From Podarcis liolepis (lineage: Eukaryota), in the NCBI GenBank assembly GCA_965112155.1, contig OZ218099.1: a DNA stretch of 64,000 bases. One strand, written 5' to 3'. Positions 1-11,004 of the stretch are shown one piece after another. The notes below the pieces were generated by a model. The model did no database searches. It saw only the letters and a list, made by a program, of their open reading frames with translations, and was not told where the DNA came from. Both the position numbers and the translations under genes were made by a program. Positions within the stretch are counted from its first letter, which is position 1, and each line of letters begins with the position of its first letter.

Positions 1-515
1 TCTGAGTTGGGGGTGGACTGTTAACAGGAGTGGTGACAGCCTATCAGTTTGGGGGTTTCGATTGACACTGAACCCCTTAACCTTTACAGGTCTGTGCTGT
101 AAGTTCCTACAGAAACATCAGGAGGTGGAAACAATTACAGTACCTAGTGTGACAATTTACTTAGGGAAGCACTGGTAGGTTTGTCATCTCTCGAATAACA
201 TTTGGTGCCCACCTAAAGGCTTGGTTCTCAGTATTTTTAATGTGATAATTTCTCCATATATAGACTCCTCTGGAGAATTCTGATATGACGGACCAGCTTT
301 CTGAGTGCTTTGGTTAGTCAAAATTACAACTTGCCATATCCAGGGCTTAACCCACACTGGTAGGGTTTCTCAAGAAAACTGAGATATACTGAAGGCTCAT
401 CCATACTTCTGCTTGCTCTGAATTAGAGCTAAAGAGCAGGTTTTCTGGGGGAAAGTGGCGGGGCAAAGGCAAAACCACTAGATTTATGCCTAGAAAGCAT
501 GGGACCAGCAGAAAA

Positions 516-995
516 TCATTCAGAGCCATGTTTTCTAGGCACAGGACAAGAAGCAGGACGGGCCCTGAGATGGAATCTTGTGTTGTACATGATGCAGCAT
601 TCCCAGGATCTCTGGGGAAAATAAACTTGTGGTGAATTCATCACACAAACTAAAGGTTGTATACATTGGCATTCATATAATTGCTCTACCTAGCCCACAC
701 TGGTCTTCGTTCTGTCTCTCTCTCTCTTCTGGAGCTTAATGGATACCTACAGCCCATGATGTGACCCTTGTCAGCTGATTTCATAATGTTCTCTTTTGAA
801 AAGTGCAGCACACATTTGCAGCTTCATGTGGTCATAAAATTCTTGTGAGCAGATAGGGATTTGGAGAGGAGGCCAACAGCAGTAAATGAAGCTTACTTAC
901 CTGCCAGTCACTTTATTCTGTTCTCCTTCAGGGTTGTCAACCCAGTATTCAGAATTATTTCCAAGGTTCAGATTAACCTCCTTGATCTAAGGAGA

Positions 996-1034
<39 letters not shown>

Positions 1035-2903
1035 ATTGAATTTATATACCACCCTATACCCGGAGGTTCCAGGGTGGTTCACAGAAAAGATAAACATAAA
1101 AACCACAATATATATATAACCACAATAAAAACAACAACCCAATAACACATCCCCCCATAAGAGAGCCACATTTTAAAAGCGCATAGGATGTCAATCAGAT
1201 CAACCAAAGGCATGGTTAAAAAGAAACATTTTTGCCTGGCACCTAAAGGTATATAATGAAGGTGCCAGGCGAACGTCCCTGGGGAGAGCATTCCACAGAT
1301 GGGGAGCCACTATAGAGAAGGCCCGTTCTCATGTTGCCACCCTCCTGACCTCTCAAGGTGGAGGCACATGAAGAAGGGCCTCAGAAGATGATCTCAGGGT
1401 CCAGGTAGTTTCATATGGGAAGAGACGGTCCTTGAGGTGTTGTGGTCCTGAGTCGTTTAAGGCTTTATAAGTCAAAACCAGCACTTTGAATTGGGCCCGG
1501 AAACTAACTGGTAGCCAGTGCAGTCAGACCAGGATCGGAGTAATATGCTCAAACCATCTTGATCTGGTGAGCAACCTAGCTGCTGAATTCTGCACTTGCT
1601 GAAGTTTCTGAACTGTCTTCGGAAAGCAGGAAAGGTCAGATCAGAGTCTGCTCTTTGCCCTCCCCCTCACTCCAGAAGAGTATAAGCAGCACTAAAAAGG
1701 AACTGCAAGTTACCCTCCAAATTAGGACCTCTGAGATAGCTCTGGACTATAGCAACTGCACCTCTAATTTAACAAACTAAATGAGATTGACTGACTGAGT
1801 GCTCACTAATGGTTCCTCGTCATCCTGGAAAAAAGGGACAAGTGGGTTGCCATGGGGTTCTGTGCCGGGTCCATGGTTTTCAACGTCTTTATAAACAACT
1901 TGGATGAAGGAATTAAGGGGATGCTCATCCAATTTGCAGGTGACACCAAACTGGGAAGGGGAGCCAATGCCACAGAAGGCAGAATCAGGATTCAAGATGG
2001 GCCCAAACTAACATAATTAAATTCAATAGGCTCAAATGTAAAGTTCTACACTTAGGCAGGAAGAATCAGCTGCACAAATATAAGATGGGGGACACCTGGC
2101 TTGCCAGTACAGTAGTACCTTGGGTTATAAAGTTAATTCGTTCCAGAGGTCCGTTCTTAACCCGAAACGATTCTTAACCTGAGGTGTGCTTTTGCTAATG
2201 GGGCCTCCCGCTGCTGCTGTGCCACCGGTGCGTGATTTCTGTTCTCATCCTGGGGCAAAGTTCTCAACCCAAGGTACTACTTCCAGGTTAGCAGAGTTTG
2301 TAACCCGAAGTGTTTGTAACCCAAAGCATTTGTAACCCGATGTACCACTGTAGTACATATGAAAAGTATCCAGAGGTCTTAGTAGACAACAGCTTAACAT
2401 GAGCCAGCAGCAGCAGCAACAACAACAAAAAACAGCTAATGCTATTCTAGGCTACATCAACAGAACTATACTGTCCAGATCAAGGGAAGTCATACTCCAA
2501 GCAGAAGTGTGGATTAGCACTCAGCTTGAATTTGTTCTTATTTGTGATATAAAGTTGCTTTATATAACTAGTTCATACTATTCTATTTTGTATAATTTTG
2601 ATATTTAGATCTCATTTGTTGTGGGTGGGTGGGTTGGGACATATTTCTTCTTTGTTGGGTTCAACATCCCACAGTGGCCAATGAGGTGCCTTCAGCACAT
2701 TTGGCAGTGTTCAGGAAACAAATGGCAGGAGAAAGTTGTGAAGCGAGAATCTGAGTAAAATTCTGGGAAGGGGAAAGGTCACACATGGTACATAAGAGGC
2801 TGCAATTGTACGCCACTACTGTACCTAGGAATAGAGTTAAGTAAAGAAACTGAGTAGCAGATGGACCTTCACAGAAAACTATGAGGATCAAGAATGGGAA
2901 GAA

Positions 2904-2949
<46 letters not shown>

Positions 2950-5900
2950 TGCATCACTGAAATCTAATTAATTCTCTATGCAAGGTTAGTTCCAGGAAAT
3001 TCACCAATGCTCACCACTTCAGCCGTTGCCAGGGGCGCACTTCGCCTACTGCAGTCCCTCCGTGCCTCTGCCCAGGTATGTTTAAGAGTGGAGATGTAAA
3101 GGCACTTTGTTTGATACTTCTGAAAGTCCCCTGGACACTGAGGAATAACTGAAACACACAGAGCCCTGGGATAAGAAACCATGGTACTGAAATGATTCTA
3201 TGTACTAATCATGAAAGCTCCAGATCTTAGCATAGCTTGCTAGTCATACACATCCATCCAAAACTGGGCTCCCCATTCTATACTGTTCCGTGCTTAATGC
3301 TGTGGATATTTGCACATTTATATATTACGAATGTATTCTACCCAGCCCAGCAGAGAGTACATAAGGTTTTGATCCATTGCCCATGGATCGTCACAACAGG
3401 CTGTGGATTTAACCTATAATTCAGCCCTGTCTTTCCTCTATTCCTTTGGGCTGTAGAGCTCCTAACACCATCTTCCCTCTAACAACTTGGCTACTGTTCT
3501 TCCAGTGTACATGCTGGTGCTACAGCAACATAGCTGAACTATCCTCAGAAACCCAAGGCAGCTAGCTATCCTCTAAAAGAGCCAAATCTGTATTTGAATA
3601 TTTAATCAACTGGTGCTTGGCAACTTCTCACATACACAATAGTCCCATGAAAATCACATCAGGAAGTGCCCACAGCAAAAGGCTTTGATTCTGTGTATCA
3701 GAGATGGTGAACCTGTGGCCCTCTAGATGCTAGTAGAGTACAACTTCCATCACCCTAACCCCTTGCCATGCTGGCTGGGGCTGACAAAAGTTGGAGGCCA
3801 ACAGCATCAGGAAGGCCACAGGCAGAGGCGGATTTAAGGGTACTCAACCGGTGTGTCCACACTGGGTGCCGAACCAAGAGGGTGCCACATTTTCTCCACT
3901 CCTCCTCACAACACACCTTTTGCCCTAACATCAATTAGTACAATGCCTCATGAACTTCTGATAAGTGCACTTTTTTCTGGAGAGAAGCTGAAGGTACATT
4001 TCATTCTCACATCCAAGAAGGGTTCATACATGAGCCTGCTAAGAGTGAGAACTTCCTTTATCCACGCAAGAAGCCCGACTGCTGCATTTCCATCTGAGTG
4101 GCTCTGGGCCTGCTGCATTAGCAGTGACTGATCAGACAATGCAGAAAGGTGTGGTAACACGACTCGCCCCATTCTGGTGGGGCTGAATGAAAGAAGGCAA
4201 GAACTGTACATAATGTGGAAGCACAGTGAGCTTCCTCCTCTAGGAGTGGGTACTTTAGGCTAGCAGGAATCCTATTTTTTTAGTCTGTTTCCTGTGGCAC
4301 ATTAACAGTTCCTCTCACAGTATAAAGTTTGAGAATGTTTGGACTAAAATGACCAGCGGCATAGGATGATGTGCCCTTCCGGGTCCTCTGTTGAACTTAC
4401 ATTTCAGAAAGGCCAGCACAAAGGCAGCTGACGCTATTAACAGGGAAACAAACACCAAGATGTAGAGGGTGACGATAGAAGCTCTCCGACAACAGCAGTC
4501 CGTATGATCAGTAAATCTGGTGGGTGTGGGCACACCTGCAGATAACCAATAAGAGTGACTATTATAGCACACACAGAGAAATAGCTGGTATCACAGAGTA
4601 AGGGGCCAGATGTGACCTGTACATATGTAAAAGGCATGTGTATATGAGATGACATGCTTAAGTGCAGCCCACTTCCTCCCCCCACTACACCTGCTGTGGA
4701 TGGGAGATGGTGGGATCTGTAGTTCAAAGATGAGGTGGGGTGGTGGAGGGTGATACTTGGGGTGAGCCCCCCTAATGTATATTGACAGGCCCCTGCAGAG
4801 GGAGGGACACAGGTGGGTATACTGGCCCTGGGCCTCGGAGGCCTAAGCCAGCTGAAGGTGGGGTGGGCAGGGATTGGCTGCTTTTTTGTTTATAGTTTTA
4901 TTCTATCAAGAATCCTGCCCTGTGCCTGAGACAAACTCTCCATGGGCCTGTTAAGTGGTGCCTCAGACCACCAATTTCCTTGTCTTCTAGGCTCAATCCT
5001 TCTGAAAGGACAGATGAGCCTAGTGTGTACAGCAGGCAGATAAGCACCAGGCATCCTGATACATGATCTGTAATAGATGGTGTTTGATCAAAGCAGGAGA
5101 AGGAGGGCTTCTGGGGTGGGTCATCTGAGGGAGGTACGTTCCGGCACCATTCTGTCTAGGGGGAAAAAAGCTGCTTATATGAAAATGATGTTTTGAATGT
5201 GCTATAAAGGTACAGTTACAGATAGGTAGCCGTGTTGGTCTGCCATAGTCAAAATAAAAAAATTCCTTCCAGTAGCACCTTAAAGACCAACTAAGTTAGT
5301 TCTTGGTATGAGCTTTCATGTGTATCTGAAGAAGTGTGCATGCACACGAAAGCTCATACCAAGAACTAACTTAGTTGGTCTTTAAGGTGCTACTGAAAGG
5401 ATTTTTTTTATTTTGACTATAAAGGTACAGTGTGCACACAGCCTTAGTTTAAGGGAGGTGTATCGCTCAAGGACACATCCATTCTACCTTTCTGCACGAA
5501 GCTGACCTATCAGCATCAGTGAGTCATTTAACGAAACATCCTATTGGTTAAAATGAAGGCCTTGGAAAGATGTCAAAATGGTGTGGTCACTCAGCTCATG
5601 ATCTGCGTCAACCTACTCCCCTAATTTGTTGTTTAGTCATTTAGTCGTGTCTGACTCTTTGTGACCCCATGGACCAGAGCATGCCAGGCACTCCTGTCTT
5701 CCACTGCCTCCCGCAGTTTGGTCAGACTCATGTTTGTAGCTTCGAGAACACTGTCCAACCATCTCGTCCTCTGTCGTCCCCTTCTTCTTGTGCCCTCCAT
5801 CTTTCCCAACATCAGGGTCTTTTCCAGGGAGTCTTCTCTTCTCATGAGGTGGCCAAAGTATTGGAGCCTCAGCTTCACGGTCTGTCCTTCCAGTGAGCAC

Positions 5901-6931
5901 TCAGGGCTGATTTCCTTAAGAATAGATACGTTTGATCTTCTTGCAGTCCATGGGACTCTCAAGAGTCTCCTCCAGCACCATAATTCAAAAGCATCAATTC
6001 TTCGGCAATCAGCCTTCTTTATGGTCCAGCTCTCACTTCCTTACATCAGTACTGGGAGAACCATGGCTTTAACTACACGAATAGCTTTGACTCCCCCAAT
6101 ATATGGCTTTAACTCCCCCAATAGGATAGTTTATTTATTTACCTGGAAATGATCTAGGTGAGCAATTATTTAAACAGGTTCTAGTGGGCCCTTTGGATGG
6201 GGTGATAGGGTGAGACCTCACAGGCATTTCCACAGCACATGCATTGGCTTCTTCCCAATCCCCAAACCAGATTGAGGCCATGGACATTATTGTGCTGTTA
6301 AGAATCACTTACCTGTATCTGCTTTCTGTGTTTGCTGTGGGGTTGGTTGTTGCCATCTCAGCAAATGGGGAGGTACAACATTCTCATAATCCCTTTCAGA
6401 TGGGGTCAAACTTTCTATGGAATCTAGAGAAAGAAACAGTAGCTAAGGGGTGGTATTAAAATCCACACACCCTTCGAAAATCATCATTTACTGTATTCTG
6501 TTTATGCCAGGCATGTCCAAAGTCTGTTTCGGGGGCCCAATCCGGTCCCTGTGGCAGTTTATTTCCTGGGGTAAAATCCTAAAAAAACCTCCAGTCCTAA
6601 AAGAAACTCAACAATTCCAACCCTAAAAGAAGCTCAACAACTACAAATTCAATCCTAAAAAAAGGTCAACAACTTTGGTTGGCCCTTTGGTTGGCAGCCA
6701 CGGCCCTTCACTTCATCAAATCTGGCCCTCTTTGAAAAACGTTTGGACACCACTGGTTTATGCAAAATGGCCATGTAGAAAAATATGTAATGTGGCTTAG
6801 AAAGTACACAGTGACCCAGTTCCTATGGCTGTACGTGATCAAGACAGCATGCTGGTATTCACAGCAAAAACTGCAGCTATTTCACTCCTCCTCCAGTCCA
6901 GCAGCTGCTCCATTACTCAGAGCTTACCCAT
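516..6931 (-). CDS. Lectin gene A: MCEMP1-like type II membrane protein with a degenerate C-type lectin domain (multi-exon; last exon uncertain, possibly pseudogenizing)
   Basis: Phase-compatible GT-AG exons on minus strand: 6931-6928 (Kozak accATGG|gtaag); 6423-6313 (DSIESLTPSERDYENVVPPH...); 4535-4401 (TM: CCCRRASIVTLYILVFVSLLIASAAFVLAFLK); possible neck exon 4093-3998; 3148-3015 (CPGDFQKYQTKCLYIST..HTWAEARRDC); 986-901 (IKEVNLNLGNNSEYWVD..); candidate last exon ~611-516 (WECCIMYNTRFHLRARPASCPVPRKHGSE*) whose acceptor phase is ambiguous. Confidence 0.7.
997..1032. repeat. (GAT)n microsatellite at the tail of an L2 fragment
   Basis: Direct reading; explains the poly-D/poly-I ORFs. Confidence 0.95.
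1030..1625 (-). mobile_element. L2-type LINE 3' fragment
   Basis: Typical L2 3' motifs (ggagagcattccacag, gtcaaaaccagcactttgaattgggcccggaaac) ending at a simple-repeat tail. Confidence 0.65.
1790..2500 (+). mobile_element. CR1 LINE RT fragment, split by a MITE
   Basis: Decayed SGVPQGSVLGP / FADDTKL-like coding (gggttgccatggggttctgtgccgggtcc; tttgcaggtgacaccaaactg) and aaatgtaaagttctacacttagg. Confidence 0.75.
2110..2350. mobile_element. Tc1/mariner-type MITE (CAGTGGTACC-like TIR, TA TSD)
   Basis: ta|cagtagtacc ... gtaccactg|ta; same family as 10764-11004 and 25546-25771. Confidence 0.85.
2905..2947. repeat. (GT)n microsatellite
   Basis: Direct reading. Confidence 0.95.
5217..5420. mobile_element. 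Penelope-like element remnant (inverted pLTR palindrome)
   Basis: ~75-bp inverted arms (atagtcaaaat...ggtatgagcttt / aaagctcatacc...attttgactat), flanked by duplicated ctataaaggtacagt. Confidence 0.75.
5323..5358 (+). ncRNA. Minimal (Penelope-type) hammerhead ribozyme motif
   Basis: TAT-CTGAAGA-a-GTGTGcatgCACAC-GAAA-GCTC-ATA: CUGANGA and GAAA core boxes, stem II hairpin, palindromic stem III, 3-bp stem I. Confidence 0.65.
5626..6080 (-). mobile_element. BovB (RTE) LINE 3' fragment
   Basis: ORF 5633-5962 RVPWTARRSN.SILKEISPECSLEG...LQYFGHLMRR.DSLEKTLMLGK.EG.RRRGRQR.RWLD is the classic BovB/RTE C-terminus, with a (CAA)-like tail. Confidence 0.9.
6508..6755. mobile_element. hAT-like MITE
   Basis: Imperfect TIRs caggcatgtccaaa ... 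tttggacaccactg, with internal aactcaacaa/cctaaaa repeats. Confidence 0.55.
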
Positions 6932-6989
6932 GGTTTGGTTTGGTGTTACATGCAAACTTGGGCATGTTGCTTGTCTCCCCCAGATAAAC

Positions 6990-7282
6990 CAGTGCCGGAT
7001 TTATGTATAAGCTAAACAAGCTATAGCTTAGGGCTCCACTCTCTTGGGGGCCCCAAAAAAATTTAAAGGAAAAAACCTGGATGTACATTTCCAAAATATA
7101 AGATGAAAAAAACAAATAAAATAAAACCTTCATACAGCAACAGTGTTTGTGTTGTGTATGGACCTATTAGGTCCATAAATTACCATGTAGCATATATTCA
7201 ACACAAAAAACAGTGACAAATTGTGGTTGACAAAGGACAGCTGGACATATAAAGGGCCTCATCAAACCTAAATCTGCCACTG
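6990..7282. mobile_element. hAT-type MITE with 8-bp TSD
   Basis: TIRs cagtgccggattta / taaatctgccactg; TSD agataaac / agacaaac. Confidence 0.75.
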
Positions 7283-8389
7283 AGACAAACCTATGAGTGA
7301 TAAGCAGAAAACAAACCTTGACTACAGCCTGTAGCTTGACTGAAGTGAGGGAACCCAGGAATCCAAGTGCTAAGCCAAACCATGGCTTAGGTCCAGGTAG
7401 CAAACCAGGATAGTGAGAGTTGTAGCTGTGAGCGGCTGGAAAAACTACTGCCACAACTGCAGAAGTGGCTGTGTACCACCTAGCAAGTATTTCTTCTCCA
7501 TATGGGTAAGGCCATGTACAAAGCCACATGGAACAAAATAATAGTCAATATAGGAACAACTGCCTAGAAATTGGTGCCTGAGTTATGCTTTTTCTCTTCT
7601 CTCCTTGTCGCTTTTCCCTTGTGTGTCTGTGTTTTTAAGACCGCAAGCCTACAAGCAGGGAGTGTTTTGTTTTGATTTTATGTAAGCCTCTCTAGAAAGC
7701 TTCTCAAGAGCAGGGTACAAATGCCTAAAATAAATGAAGCACATGGGAAATGGATCCCCTTAGTGTCTATGAGATCAGTATCCCAGAGGCCAGATCCAAA
7801 TCTGGTAAAAGGCCCCATTCAGATAGCTTTGTAGCCCCAGCTGTATGGAGCAAATTTTGTAAGAGCCAATGGGACCACTCAACTTGTCAGTGATGTTTCA
7901 ACACAAACACAGGTTAACCCCCCTCCAAAAAACCACCACATCCTATGATTGTATGCATCACCACAGAAATGTAGCATAGTTCCAGTGAGAGATGCATGGC
8001 TTCCTTCATGTGTGGCCACCATTGGATTGCTTTGCTTGAGGTATTCTAATAGGTATGAGAATGAATAATATGAGAACAGTCACTATCCCACTTGTTTGAT
8101 CCTTTGGAGAATGTTCTATGAGCTGGGGTAGAGTAGGTAATAAGTTAAAAAAAATTATTCCGCTTCTTTCCCCAGCCCTCATCTTCTCATATAATGCAAC
8201 TGTTTACTACATGGCTAACCAACAACGTTAAATCCACATCTCTGTGCTAGGTTGCTCACTGATACAGGTGTGCAAAGTTGACACAGAACACTTCAGTGGG
8301 AATTAGTAATTATATTGTTTTTATTTCTTAAAGCAAAAACAACTAACTTTTGCACATTGGAGCAAAAAAATATAACTTCACTTATATAC

Positions 8390-9640
8390 TAATCTAGTCT
8401 GAAGTGGGGGTGACTGACCAGGAATTTCGAGGCCTTGGTGGATGGTTAAATGAAAATGTTGAACCCCAACATGCAGCAGTTATGAAAATAGTAAATTCTG
8501 TGTTGGGCTCATTAGGAAACGGATTAACTGTCAACATCACAAAGCCCTTATACAAATCTATGATGTGACTGCACTAGGAATACGATATACAGTATAGTTC
8601 TGGTCACAACACATCAAAAAGGATATTGGGGACTGAAAAGGTTTCAGAAAAGCCCAACCAATGGAGAGGGTGGAACAACTTCCCTATGAAGAAAAGTTAC
8701 ATCATTTTGGGTTTTTCAGTTTAGAAGATGTGGAAAGTGTCGTATTGTGTATAAAGACATGTGCTTCATGGTGTGAAGAAAGTGAAGAGAGTATCTTAGT
8801 ATTTTTTAATGCTAGAGCCTGGGGCTATCCAGTGAAGCTAAACATTGGAAGATATAAAAGGAAGTACTTCTTCACACAGCATATACCGTATTTTTCGCTC
8901 TATAAGACTCACCAGACCATAAGACGCACCTAGTTTTTGGAGGAGGAAAACAAGAAAAAAATATTCTGAATCTCAGAAGCCAGAACAGCAAGAGCACAGC
9001 GAAAGCAGCGATCCCTCTTGCTGTTCTGGCTTCTGGGATAGCTGCGCAGCCTGCATTTGCTCCATAAGACGCACACACATTTCCCCTTACTTTTTAGGAG
9101 GGAAAAAGTGAGTCTTATAGAGCAAAAAATAAGGTAGTTAAAACCATGGAACAGGATTCAACAAAGAGTCCCATCCGTGGAAGCAATGCAAGAACTTCTA
9201 CTTGTTAAATGGTGCTTTCCCCGCCCTGCTCCCATCCACATGCCTCAAAATTGGGTCACTGAGGGGTGCCAGGAGAAACACACACCCCCTGAAGAGTGCG
9301 TGCAAGGAGAAGAATGAAGATCATTCCTTCTGGAAAGCCCAAATGTTGAAACTATTGGCTTTGTGCAACATTGAATTATTCCCCTTGAATTCAATACCAT
9401 AAGATATATGAAGGGCTTGGTTTGCTTTAAAGGAGGATTAGGGAAATTAATGAAAGATAAGGTTATTAATGGTTACTAGTTATGGTGGCTGTATATTAAC
9501 TCCAGTACCACAGGCAGCATGCCTCTGAATACCAGCTGCTTAGGAGCACAAGTGGGAGGCTGCTTCTGCATTCATGTCCTGCTTCTGGGCTTCGCAGATG
9601 TATGAGGGTGTTCAGGAGGGCACCCTCTATATCGGGGTTG
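8390..9640 (+). mobile_element. CR1 LINE 3' fragment interrupted by a MITE
   Basis: Decayed CR1 3' coding (ERVEQLPYEEKL..FSLE; aggaagtacttcttcacacagc). Confidence 0.65.
8886..9134. mobile_element. pogo/Tigger-like MITE (CCGTATTTTTCGCTCTATAAGAC TIR, TA TSD)
   Basis: ta|ccgtatttttcgctctataagac ... gtcttatagagcaaaaaataagg|ta. Confidence 0.8.
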
Positions 9641-10119
9641 GGGAACCTTCCTTAGTCTGGGGGCCACTGGTGAAGGAACAGGGGTGCGGGGGGGGAGCGC
9701 AAGATCCTGGTGGTACGATCCGGCTGGGGTGCCATCGCGGCTGCCCCCTCATCCAGCGCTGGGTGTCATGCGCGCCAGCCACTCCCCTGCCTGCTCTCGC
9801 CCCCCCCCCCCGAGCTTGAAGCTCCACCACGGCTGGGGGCCAAAGGTTTAAGTGTGTGATGTCGTATTGTGGTTTTAATGTTTTCTGTTGGGAGTTGCCT
9901 AGAGTGGCTGGGCAATCCAGGCAGATGGGCACAGGGGCGAACCCAGGCTTTATTTCACCAGGGTCAAAGACCCAGTTTGGCACACGCACCAAACACACAT
10001 ATGTGTACACACACACACACAGGCTAGGAGCCTTAATGGCACCCCTCTGGAGGCTTCACCTGGGGCAAAACAATCTGGCTAGCCCCCCCCCCCCAACTAT
10101 GCCTCTGGATGGAAGGCAT

Positions 10120-10120
10120 A

Positions 10121-10174
<54 letters not shown>
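10120..10174. repeat. (ATT)n microsatellite
   Basis: Direct reading; source of the poly-L ORF. Confidence 0.95.
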
Positions 10175-10175
<1 letters not shown>

Positions 10176-10763
10176 TGGTTGGCCACAGTGGGGAAGATGA
10201 TGCTTGACTAGATGGGCCTTTGGCCAAGGGCTCTTCCTGTGTTATGTTCTCAAGGAGTGCTGTTTGCATGTGTATATTTGGCAAAATTGCATGCATGAAT
10301 GTGTCCATTAGGAGAAATTCACACTAGAATGCAAATGACTGTAACCGTAACTTCTCCCACTTTTAAGAAGCATCAAATTTACGATCTTTCTCCAAAACGA
10401 ATTATGATACAAATGAATGTTCATGATGTTAATTTTTTGTTAAAAAACAAACAAACCTTAAACTGATGCAGAAGAGCGGAGAAGTGAATTTAAGATTCAA
10501 GAAATTAGAAACTGAGAAACAGAAATTGACAGATTCATCCATTGCAAGCTGTAAGCCACCCACTGCCCCTCTCACAGCATGTGTGCAGGAGTGAGACAGA
10601 AAATGCTATGGAAAGGGATGGACAAGGGAAAAGATGTGTGACAGAAAAAGGGTGCATTGGAGGAGAGAAATACACGGTAGAGCAAGGTTCTTCCTGCAGA
10701 CTGACAATTAGCTAGTGTGCCTTTGAGTTCACCAGCCAAAACACTAAAAACAGGCTTCTTGTA

Positions 10764-11004
10764 CAGTGGTACCTCGGGTTAAGAACTTAATTCATTCTGG
10801 AGGTCCATTCTTAACCTGAAACTGTTCTTAACCTGAAGCACCACTTTAGCTAATGGGGCCTCCTGCTGCTGCCGCGCCACCACCGCACAATTTCTGTTCT
10901 CATCCTGAAGCAAAGTTCTTAACCCAAGTACTACTTCTGTGTTAGCGGAGTCTGTAACCTGAAGCATCTGTAACCTGAAGCGTCTGTAACCCGAGGTACT
11001 ACTG
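10764..11004. mobile_element. Tc1/mariner-type MITE
   Basis: ta|cagtggtacctcgggtta ... taacccgaggtactactg|ta. Confidence 0.9.

Noticed and set aside
861-1169. Poly-Asp / poly-Ile ORFs
   Set aside because: Produced by the (GAT)n microsatellite at an L2 tail.
7167-7529. 120-aa hydrophobic ORF upstream of gene A
   Set aside because: It runs into a MITE, has no recognisable domain, and the only donor/acceptor pair would give a ~26-nt intron.
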